From positions 1 to 64,000 of IMG/VR virus record IMGVR_UViG_3300044977_000070: 64,000 nucleotides of DNA; one strand, given 5' to 3'. The DNA is from a virus. The notes under the pieces were generated by a model, which had not been told where the DNA came from, searched no databases, and saw only the letters and a program-made list of their open reading frames with translations. Below are positions 7,159 through 14,534 of the stretch, piece by piece. The position numbers and the translations under genes were made by a program. Position 1 is the stretch's first letter; each line of letters begins with the position of its first letter.

Positions 7159-10098
7159 ATGGGCAAAGTCGTACGGATGCGCCTCCGCAATAAACCTGTG
7201 GAGCAGGAAAACGCGCCTAAAAAGAAGAAGGTCGAGCGCCGCAAGCTTAACCTTCACAATATGATGATGGCGGTAGCGCGCGCGAGACAGAAGGAAGTCC
7301 CGCGCGTAATGGTCAATCCGTTCCGTCTCCCCCAGTTCCCTCCCAGCTCCACGCCAAAAAAAGACACGGGGATGGCGCTGGACGATGTCTTCGGGGATAA
7401 CAACGGCAATGATTGGTCATGGGCAGGGAGCGCCTTTCTCAACGCTGTCGGATCTGTTTATCAGGAAGGGCTCGTTTTCCCGGGTTATACCTATCTCGCC
7501 GAGCTCGCCCAGCGTGCGGAATATAGGGTCATTGCCGAGACGATTGCCGAGGAATCTACCCGTAAGTGGATTAAGGTTACGTCTAATGACGACGAGGACG
7601 ATAAGACGGAACGCGTCAAGGAGCTGGGCGACGCATTGGATAAGTTGAATGTCCGCGATTGCTTCCGCAAGGCATCTGAACTTGATAACCTGTTTGGACG
7701 CGCCCACCTTTATGTCGATATCCGCGATCCCGCGACGGACGAGGGCAAGAACACGACGGTTATTGACAGGGCCGAGTTGCAGACGCCGATCGGCAACGGC
7801 AAGGACGATATTTCCAAGTCAAAGATCGGCAAGGGGTTTTTCAAGCGATTGAAGGCAGTCGAACCCGTCTGGACATATCCTACTAACTATAATGCGTCCG
7901 ATCCGTTGACGACGGATTGGTACGAGCCGGATATGTGGTACGTCATGGGCAAGCAGATTCATAAGACGCGTCTGCTCAAGTTCGTATCGAGGGAAGTTCC
8001 CGATATGTTGAAGCCCGCCTATGCGTTCGGCGGGTTGTCCATGTCGCAACTTGCGAAGCCCTATATCGACAATTGGCTGAGGATCAGACAATCGGTCGCC
8101 GACATTATCCAGGCGTTCTCGATTTTCGTGCTTTCGACGGACATGTCTGAGGTTATGTCCGAGAGTAGCGACGCCTTGTTCCATCGCATCGACCTTTTCA
8201 ATGCATTGCGTAACAACAAGGGACTTATGGTTCTCAATAAGGATACCGAAGAGTTTCTAAACGTCGCCGCGCCATTGGGCACATTGGATTCGTTGCAGGC
8301 GCAGAGTCAGGAACATATGGCGGCCGTCAGCCGCATTCCGCTCGTCAAGTTGCTGGGAATTCAACCTGCGGGATTGAACGCCTCGTCCGAGGGCGAGATT
8401 CGAACCTTTTATGATCATATCCATGCTTATCAAGAACGGTTCTTCCGTCCTAACCTGACTGTCATTATCGATATGACCATGCTGTCCTTGTGGGGCGAGG
8501 TAGACGACACTATAAACTTCGAGTTTGTGAAGCTTTGGGAACTTGACGAGGCGGCCGAGGCAACGAAGCGCAAGACCGACGCAGATACGGACATCGAGTT
8601 GATCCAGGCTGGCGTCATATCGCCCGAGGAAGCGCGCAAGCGGATCGCCAATGATCCGAATACGCCTTATCAGTCATTGGACGTGCATGATTTGCCCGAA
8701 CCTCCTGACCAGGGTATGGAAGGGGGAGAAGGCGGCCCCGAGGATCCGGATGGCAATGGCGGCGGACAGGAAGGACAAGAGAATGTTGAAGAAGAGGGAA
8801 CCCAAGGCGGCGGTCCCCCTGCTAGTGCTAGACCCCCAGAACGATCAGCTGATGGTAGTAGACGACGGGGGTTTCGAGATATGGGATCTGGCGTCGAAAA
8901 CGTGGAAGAAGACCCAGCCGAACTTGACGAACACGCCCCGCTAGAGGGGGAAGAGGGGGAAGAGGGGGAATTCGCTTGGCCGCCTGAAGAATACGTAGAC
9001 GAGGGGTGGGAGGAGGAGGGTGACGATTACCTTCCCGAACCTTCGATGGAAGAGGACTTCGAGGATACGCACCAGCCCGAGGCCGAGACAGAACCGCACG
9101 CTGGATTGCGTGGCGAATATGAGCGTCAACGTGTTCCGGGCGGTACTGCCTCGACTGAGAGTGATACCGGTTGGGAAGGTCAAGCCTATATGGAAGACCC
9201 CACCCGTGGCAGTAACGAGGCCGAGCTGAGATCCAGAAGTCGCTACAACAATGGGCAGGGCAGGAATCGTCCAAAGTTCTATACGAATGAATACAATGCC
9301 CTGGTCAATTTGAACGAGGAGGACGACAAGCGCGTCGCCTCCTTGCGAGACCGTGGGTATATGGCCCCACGCGAGCGGCGTGCGCGCCCCGCAATAGACG
9401 AGAATACATCCTCCCTGCAACGCGCCAAGGGCGAGACCGGTGATCCTGGGGGCGCTAGGGGCTCTTTCGTCAAAGGCACTATGCCTATGGGCTGGCCTAA
9501 GAAGAAAAGCATCCCACGTCGAAAATTGAACTTGGACGAATTTGAAGAAGGCAAACATCCACGTGATCAGGTAGGCAAGTTTTCTAAGACCGTGACTTCA
9601 GGGAACAGAAGCCCCCTTGAGACGAAAGCCGAACAACGTGGGAGAACAGGCAGACCTCTTAGACGTAAGAAGCTTCCTATTGGAACTGAATCGCATATAA
9701 TGAAACGTGCCGAGGAGCGGTTGACGGAAGGTCCGAGGGTTGTTGGGTCCAAACAGGAACAAGAAGCGACTTTGCGCAAGAATTGGGAAGAGTATGGTCC
9801 AGAGCGGGACTACGATTTTGATAATTTCAAAACATGGGATAAGGAAGCCGAGATTTGGAATAAGGAACATCCAGGTAATCCTATTCCAGAAAATTATGTA
9901 TTTGGAAGTAACCGTGAGTTTGAGGAATTTTTCGATAAGAAGCATTTGGAAGGGAAAAAGAAACCCTATCCCGGCGCTAAAAAGGCTAATGAGTATTTTT
10001 CCGATGATCCCGAAACTTGGAAGTATACGGCGTTTACTTCAGCGCGGCAGATGCGTAATGCAAATGAGGAAATGGTACCTAGAGAAAAAATCCAATAG
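7159..10098 (+). CDS. portal protein (DUF1073-like) with a charged C-terminal extension of about 470 aa
   Basis: 979 aa. The first 500 aa or so show portal-like blocks (WYEPDMWYVMGKQIHKTRLL, GGLSMSQLAKPYIDNWLRIRQS). From about nt 8690 the sequence is low-complexity and rich in E/D/G/R/K. Confidence 0.8.
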   Translation: MGKVVRMRLRNKPVEQENAPKKKKVERRKLNLHNMMMAVARARQKEVPRVMVNPFRLPQFPPSSTPKKDTGMALDDVFGDNNGNDWSWAGSAFLNAVGSVYQEGLVFPGYTYLAELAQRAEYRVIAETIAEESTRKWIKVTSNDDEDDKTERVKELGDALDKLNVRDCFRKASELDNLFGRAHLYVDIRDPATDEGKNTTVIDRAELQTPIGNGKDDISKSKIGKGFFKRLKAVEPVWTYPTNYNASDPLTTDWYEPDMWYVMGKQIHKTRLLKFVSREVPDMLKPAYAFGGLSMSQLAKPYIDNWLRIRQSVADIIQAFSIFVLSTDMSEVMSESSDALFHRIDLFNALRNNKGLMVLNKDTEEFLNVAAPLGTLDSLQAQSQEHMAAVSRIPLVKLLGIQPAGLNASSEGEIRTFYDHIHAYQERFFRPNLTVIIDMTMLSLWGEVDDTINFEFVKLWELDEAAEATKRKTDADTDIELIQAGVISPEEARKRIANDPNTPYQSLDVHDLPEPPDQGMEGGEGGPEDPDGNGGGQEGQENVEEEGTQGGGPPASARPPERSADGSRRRGFRDMGSGVENVEEDPAELDEHAPLEGEEGEEGEFAWPPEEYVDEGWEEEGDDYLPEPSMEEDFEDTHQPEAETEPHAGLRGEYERQRVPGGTASTESDTGWEGQAYMEDPTRGSNEAELRSRSRYNNGQGRNRPKFYTNEYNALVNLNEEDDKRVASLRDRGYMAPRERRARPAIDENTSSLQRAKGETGDPGGARGSFVKGTMPMGWPKKKSIPRRKLNLDEFEEGKHPRDQVGKFSKTVTSGNRSPLETKAEQRGRTGRPLRRKKLPIGTESHIMKRAEERLTEGPRVVGSKQEQEATLRKNWEEYGPERDYDFDNFKTWDKEAEIWNKEHPGNPIPENYVFGSNREFEEFFDKKHLEGKKKPYPGAKKANEYFSDDPETWKYTAFTSARQMRNANEEMVPREKIQ

Positions 10099-10176
10099 GC
10101 CGAATTGGCGAAGGAATTTCATGACCGGGTTGAACTTGTTATTCTTGCGACGACAGAACGCATAAAGGAAGAACTC

Positions 10177-10473
10177 ATGGCGTTGGAAATCAAGGGGCTG
10201 GGCAACGTCGTCGCCGACGCTAAGAAGCAGATTGCAACCCTGCGTTCGGAATCCGCAGGACTCAATAAGGACATTAAAGAGTTTGTGCAGTCGGTGCAGG
10301 AAGTACGCAAGCAGGTGAATGCAGCGCATGACGATCTCAAGTTTGAGGCAGCGACCTTGGGAAACATGCCCCCTTCCGAAGAGGAAGGTATGAAAGAATC
10401 GCCAAACAGCTTTCCGCCCTCGCAGACGGGCTCATCTGGTAGCGCGCCCTTTCGTGACGGAGGAACAGCTTAG
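10177..10473 (+). CDS. hypothetical coiled-coil protein
   Basis: The ORF is open from a TTG at 10105. The ATG at 10177 has an AAGGAAG ribosome-binding site 5 nt upstream. Confidence 0.4.
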   Translation: MALEIKGLGNVVADAKKQIATLRSESAGLNKDIKEFVQSVQEVRKQVNAAHDDLKFEAATLGNMPPSEEEGMKESPNSFPPSQTGSSGSAPFRDGGTA

Positions 10474-10531
10474 GCAATCGTTCTACACGAGCCCCGCTTT
10501 GCGTAGACCGAGGAAACCGAGGGTTTATTAA

Positions 10532-10945
10532 ATGATGCGATTAGTTGCAGCGGCCTCTGCCGTCGTCCTCAGTTCAATCCTTTCTTACAATGTGGGTTGG
10601 AAAAATGGGCGCGATGATACGGGTTGGAAGCCGATTGACTTCGCGGTATCAGCCGAAGACGGGTCGCCATGCCAATACATGTTGGCCGATCCTCAGTTCG
10701 ATGCCGTCAAAGGCAAATTCGGTGGGAATACCCTCATTATTGGCTGCAAAGGGGCGCCTGACTTTCGGTTCGATACTCGCGGCCAGAAATATGCTGATAA
10801 GATCGAGATGAAAGAGAACACCGTTATCGTGCCTTCGGAAGAAATAGGGCGCTGGCAAAATTTCGCTCGGGAATACCGGCTCACTGATCAACCGCAAGGC
10901 GGACCGACTGGTCCCCATATGATGTTTACACTAGATTGGCATTGA
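10532..10945 (+). CDS. secreted or membrane-anchored protein
   Basis: 137 aa with a hydrophobic N-terminus (MMRLVAAASAVVLSSIL). Confidence 0.45.
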   Translation: MMRLVAAASAVVLSSILSYNVGWKNGRDDTGWKPIDFAVSAEDGSPCQYMLADPQFDAVKGKFGGNTLIIGCKGAPDFRFDTRGQKYADKIEMKENTVIVPSEEIGRWQNFAREYRLTDQPQGGPTGPHMMFTLDWH

Positions 10946-10995
10946 ATTCCCTTCCTTTCGCTCCCCAGGCATACACCAGAGGGGAAGGGAAAACG

Positions 10996-11062
10996 AGGTG
11001 CCGGCATGTGTGCCACTTGGAAAGCCGCATTCCGCGTGGATGAGCACAATATGTCGGCACCT
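10996..11062 (+). other. long hairpin element (TG(C/T)CGGCA-arm family)
   Basis: AGGTGCCGGCAT (10996-11007) pairs with ATGTCGGCACCT (11051-11062): 12 bp including one G-U pair, with a 43-nt loop. The loop sequence resembles that of the element at 11446-11507. Confidence 0.4.
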
Positions 11063-11085
11063 CCCATTAAAATAGGAGGGAGGTA

Positions 11086-11427
11086 GTGGTCTTTTCATTT
11101 GGTAACTGTGAGACGGAAGCGGCGGCGCTAACCCGTTATAACAGTTTGGTAACGAAACTTAACTCGCTAGGCACGCAGATAGCGGCGCTTGGCACGCAAC
11201 TGAGGACAATCATGACCGACATTGACAATCTGACAGCAGCAATTACCGCACTCCAAACGGCTGTTACTGGCGCTGTTGCGGCGATCGAGACGGAGTTGCA
11301 GACTATTGCCAACGCGAATACCGGCAATAACCCGGCGATTGCTGCCGCCGTGACGAACATCCAGAACCTTACCCAGTCGCTCGTGACCGAGACGGCGAAG
11401 GTAACGCCGCCCACGCCCTCCCCTTAA
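11086..11427 (+). CDS. hypothetical coiled-coil protein
   Basis: 113 aa. GTG start with a GGAGGGAGG ribosome-binding site. Heptad-like A/L/T/Q-rich sequence. Confidence 0.45.
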   Translation: MVFSFGNCETEAAALTRYNSLVTKLNSLGTQIAALGTQLRTIMTDIDNLTAAITALQTAVTGAVAAIETELQTIANANTGNNPAIAAAVTNIQNLTQSLVTETAKVTPPTPSP

Positions 11428-11445
11428 CGAAGGGGGTTTGAGAAA

Positions 11446-11507
11446 GGTGCCGGCATATTTTTCACATGGAAAGTCCGCAGTCCTGTGAGCGTTCAAGTGC
11501 CGGCACC
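11446..11507 (+). terminator. long hairpin followed by a T-run (TG(C/T)CGGCA-arm family)
   Basis: GGTGCCGGCA (11446-11455) pairs with TGCCGGCACC (11498-11507) across a 42-nt loop, and is followed by CCTTTTCATTT. Confidence 0.4.
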
Positions 11508-11537
11508 CCTTTTCATTTGCATTTTAGGGACTCATCC

Positions 11538-11792
11538 ATGAAAGTTGTGATTCCGGCATTGGTCGTGTTTCTTGTGAGTACGGGGGCGGCATCTGCCCAG
11601 TACTACCCGCAGTTCGCGCGGCGTTACTACGATCGCAGCGCCCCGCGGTACTACCAACCCCCGCGTCAGTATATGCCGCCCCGATATGCGCCGCGTCCGA
11701 ACTATGCGCCCGGTGGTGGGTATGATTGGAGTTGGGGCGGGGGTAATCGTGCCTACACGGGCGGACGTCCATATTGGGGAGGTGAGTGGTGA
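11538..11792 (+). CDS. small secreted Tyr/Pro/Arg/Gly-rich protein
   Basis: The ATG at 11538 gives MKVVIPALVVFLVSTGAASA|QYYPQF..., a Sec-type signal peptide. The mature part is rich in Y, P, R and G. Confidence 0.55.
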   Translation: MKVVIPALVVFLVSTGAASAQYYPQFARRYYDRSAPRYYQPPRQYMPPRYAPRPNYAPGGGYDWSWGGGNRAYTGGRPYWGGEW

Positions 11793-12760
11793 ATAATTTA
11801 TCCGAATTGTGGGGCGGCCCATACCCGCTGGCCATTAGTGACGTTCCGCCGACGCAGGTAAAAGTTTGGTTTGATTCCACGGATCTCATGGTTTGGAATT
11901 GGCAGAAACTGCAATGGCTGCCAGTATTCGCGTCCGTCACTGTCGGCGCAACCCCGCCTACGGCGATCGGCGCGCTTTATATTGACCTGAGCAACAAACT
12001 GTGGGTTATGGTCGATGACCTATGTGAGTTGACCGAGCCTATTATTGGTTCCCCTCCGGCGATTAATGGCGCTGCGTTTGTTGCATCCTCTATACCTCCA
12101 CTGAACCCCACTGCGGATACCTTGTGGTTCAAGCCAGAATCACAAAACCTATTCCTCTGGAATAGTTTTATCTGGGTGCAGATAGGACGTCGTGTTCACC
12201 GCACTGTTCGCACTGGGAACTATTCCGGGACCTGGAATGCCGGCGGCAATCGCTCTCAGGCGACGGCAGCGGGGGGTATTCTGTATCTTTCGGGCATACG
12301 CGGGATAAACCCGCTCACGCAACAACAGTTGCCCGGACCAGGACCGGGCAACACGCCGGGCACAACTCCACCAAACAATGCCCCCAACGCTAACGCGCGG
12401 ATCATCCAGATTTACCAGAACATCAAAACAATCGCAGAGGCAGAGGGATTGACTTTGTTCGATTGTAAGTGTTTGGTGACGTCTTTGACGAGCGCCGCCT
12501 ATATCGGCCCGACGGCGACACTTGAGGCACTGCCGCAGTTTTGGGGTAATGGTCCCTATCCTCCGCGTACGCATCAGGTTTGGTTGCAAATGTCGGGCTC
12601 GGATACAGAGGCCGAGTTTCCCATTAAGGGCTGGCCCCCGCGTGGGGATATCGTCGAGATACAGGCTGAGTTTTGGATGGGAGGCGCCGGGAAGAAACGC
12701 CCTACCGACGAGAGCGAGGCTCTCAAACATTCTTCTTGGATGAGTGTATCGCGTGACTAA
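11786..12760 (+). CDS. fusion of a Trp-repeat N-terminal region with a RidA/YjgF-like domain
   Basis: 324 aa. The N-terminus has repeated units (VWFDSTDLMVWNWQKLQW, LWFKPESQNLFLWNSFIW). The C-terminus (GGILYLSGIRGINP ... IIQIYQNIKTIAEAEGLTLFDCKCLV ... PPRTHQVWLQM ... GDIVEIQAEF) follows the RidA pattern. Confidence 0.55.
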   Translation: MVNNLSELWGGPYPLAISDVPPTQVKVWFDSTDLMVWNWQKLQWLPVFASVTVGATPPTAIGALYIDLSNKLWVMVDDLCELTEPIIGSPPAINGAAFVASSIPPLNPTADTLWFKPESQNLFLWNSFIWVQIGRRVHRTVRTGNYSGTWNAGGNRSQATAAGGILYLSGIRGINPLTQQQLPGPGPGNTPGTTPPNNAPNANARIIQIYQNIKTIAEAEGLTLFDCKCLVTSLTSAAYIGPTATLEALPQFWGNGPYPPRTHQVWLQMSGSDTEAEFPIKGWPPRGDIVEIQAEFWMGGAGKKRPTDESEALKHSSWMSVSRD

Positions 12761-12769
12761 TCGCGTTGC

Positions 12770-12967
12770 TTGGTTCTTTGTGATACTTGCCATATTTGCA
12801 GCCGCCATACTTGGCTCATGGTTGGATACGATTTGGCGGCTGCATATGCCTGCTCTAGCCGTCCCTGGATGCGCACTGTGAAAGAGCTTGAGAAGCCTGC
12901 GGATGCGTATCGCCCGCCGCGGGATGACATTGCCAACGATGTGCAGAGCAGTGTGAAGTTGTGTTGA
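12770..12967 (+). CDS. small protein ending in QSSVKLC
   Basis: The ORF is open from a TTG at 12770; a shorter version would start at the ATG at 12869. Its C-terminal heptapeptide is identical to that of the next ORF but uses different synonymous codons. An alternative 42-aa transmembrane ORF (GTG 12753 to 12881) overlaps its 5' part. Confidence 0.4.
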   Translation: MVLCDTCHICSRHTWLMVGYDLAAAYACSSRPWMRTVKELEKPADAYRPPRDDIANDVQSSVKLC

Positions 12968-13012
12968 TGCTTCGTCGAGATCGCGAGACGAAAGTCTTCG
13001 GAACCCCAGTGG

Positions 13013-13297
13013 ATGCCCTTTGGGCATCATGCCAGCTTGCGGCTTTTACGGGGCGGCAAGACGCGACCTGAGATGAAGAAAGCATTCGCCTTTTGGATAC
13101 GTCGAGAAGCCTGCAAAATGGCAGCTACGGCGATTCAAAATCATCACGACGAAGATAGCCTTGCTCCAAGGATTTGGAGCTTAACGGTTTTCTTCGAAAG
13201 ATACATGTGGTTCGGCGCAGAAGGCACCCAGGATGAATTTGGGCCCAAGCCCCCAGTCGAATTGAATAAACATCAATCAAGCGTGAAGTTGTGCTGA
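13013..13297 (+). CDS. small protein ending in QSSVKLC
   Basis: 94-aa ORF; the start may be the ATG at 13073. It has the same C-terminal QSSVKLC as 12770..12967. Confidence 0.4.
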   Translation: MPFGHHASLRLLRGGKTRPEMKKAFAFWIRREACKMAATAIQNHHDEDSLAPRIWSLTVFFERYMWFGAEGTQDEFGPKPPVELNKHQSSVKLC

Positions 13298-13316
13298 GGT
13301 AATCATCTTGAAAAAC

Positions 13317-13469
13317 ATGATCGGAGTTGCGGCCGTGCTCTTGGCGGGCACGGTTTCCGCCGACGCGCAGTATTACCGCCAACCCTATTCCTATCCAGGC
13401 CGGGGCTATTACAGCGGCGGCAGCCACTACAGCGAGCGCTACGGGCAATATTATGCGCCGCGCTATTAA
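13317..13469 (+). CDS. small secreted Tyr-rich peptide (not in the supplied ORF track)
   Basis: Hand translation gives MIGVAAVLLAGTVSADA|QYYRQPYSYPGRGYYSGGSHYSERYGQYYAPRY*, 50 aa. The signal peptide plus Y-rich mature part resemble 11538..11792. Confidence 0.5.
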   Translation: MIGVAAVLLAGTVSADAQYYRQPYSYPGRGYYSGGSHYSERYGQYYAPRY

Positions 13470-13490
13470 GTTGCTTCCCTACGGGGCCAA

Positions 13491-14276
13491 TTGGTGAAAG
13501 AAAAGATTTTAGCGGCGTGTCACCCGAACTGTGGGGTGGAGGCCGCCTATAGGAAGGCGATACTCAAGCTCGTTGAAGAGATGGGAAAGTCTTTCTCTTA
13601 TTGGCTGGTTAAGGCCTATAAGAACAGTGACCCCGAGATGGCGCAGGACGCCAATGCCGCTCAGGCAATGAAGGCCGCAATCAACAAATTAATCAAGCGG
13701 TGGCAGAAGCGTTTCGACTATGCCGCCCCGCGCCTCGCCAAATGGTTTGCACTGAAGGCGTCGAAACGGTCCGATAGCGCCCTTATGCATATTTTGCGCA
13801 AGGGCGGAATCTCGGTAAAGTTTAAACCGACCAAGGCGCAAAAGGAAATTCTGCAAGCGACGGTCGAGGAGAACGTCGCCCTTATCAAATCCATTCCGCA
13901 GAAGTATCACCATGCCGTCGTCCCGCTCGTTATGAATAGCGTGAGACAGGGCCGTGATCTCAGTGAATTGACAAAGGAGCTGCAAAAGCAGTTTAAGGTC
14001 ACGAAGAATCGTGCCGTCCTGATAGCGCGGGATCAAAACAATAAGGCGACAGGCGCGCTTACCCGCGCAAGGCAAATGGAAATGGGTATCAAGGAGGCGG
14101 TATGGCTGCACTCTGGCGGTGGACGCAAGCCCCGTCCTACCCATGTAAAGAATAGCGGCAAGCGCTATGACGTGAACAAGGGTTGGTACGATCCCCACGA
14201 AGGGAAGCGAATACACCCTGGTGAGCTTATCAACTGCCGCTGTGTATCGAAGTCCGTCATTCCGGGATTCATGTGA
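13491..14276 (+). CDS. head morphogenesis protein, Mu F / SPP1 gp7 family
   Basis: 261 aa. The C-terminus (RIHPGELINCRCV) matches the MuF hallmark (H-P-x-C-R-C), and ARDQNNKATG lies upstream of it. It sits after the portal gene. Confidence 0.82.
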   Translation: MVKEKILAACHPNCGVEAAYRKAILKLVEEMGKSFSYWLVKAYKNSDPEMAQDANAAQAMKAAINKLIKRWQKRFDYAAPRLAKWFALKASKRSDSALMHILRKGGISVKFKPTKAQKEILQATVEENVALIKSIPQKYHHAVVPLVMNSVRQGRDLSELTKELQKQFKVTKNRAVLIARDQNNKATGALTRARQMEMGIKEAVWLHSGGGRKPRPTHVKNSGKRYDVNKGWYDPHEGKRIHPGELINCRCVSKSVIPGFM

Positions 14277-14288
14277 GGAGTACATATC

Positions 14289-14534
14289 ATGATCGGCTTA
14301 GCAATCAACATCCTATGGTTCTTGATTGGACTTATTGTTCTTCTCGGCATAGTTTGGCTGGCGTTGTATGTCGTCAAGTTATTCATGCCGATTCCTGACA
14401 AGATCGAACTAGCGATTTGGTGCATCATCTTTATCCTGTGCTTGATCGGCGCTCTGACTCTTCTATCGGGAAGTGGCGGCAATGTTCACTTCCCGCGTCT
14501 TGGCAGCGTCCCGGTAATAGTGCGTCTTGCATAA
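14289..14534 (+). CDS. small membrane protein (2-3 TM helices)
   Basis: 81 aa, strongly hydrophobic (ILWFLIGLIVLLGIVWLALYVV...). Confidence 0.45.
   Translation: MIGLAINILWFLIGLIVLLGIVWLALYVVKLFMPIPDKIELAIWCIIFILCLIGALTLLSGSGGNVHFPRLGSVPVIVRLA

Noticed and set aside
7269-7280. ops-like element GGCGGTAGCGCG (11 of 12 matches to the E. coli RfaH recruitment site GGCGGTAGCGTG) inside the 5' part of the portal gene. A second GGCGGTAGCGC lies at 55238-55248 inside the tape measure gene.
   Set aside because: Both sites lie inside coding sequence rather than in an operon leader. By rough estimate, a one-mismatch 12-mer is expected by chance about once in a window of this size on two strands. RfaH paralogs outside enterobacteria need not use the E. 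coli ops sequence. I kept this only as a note.
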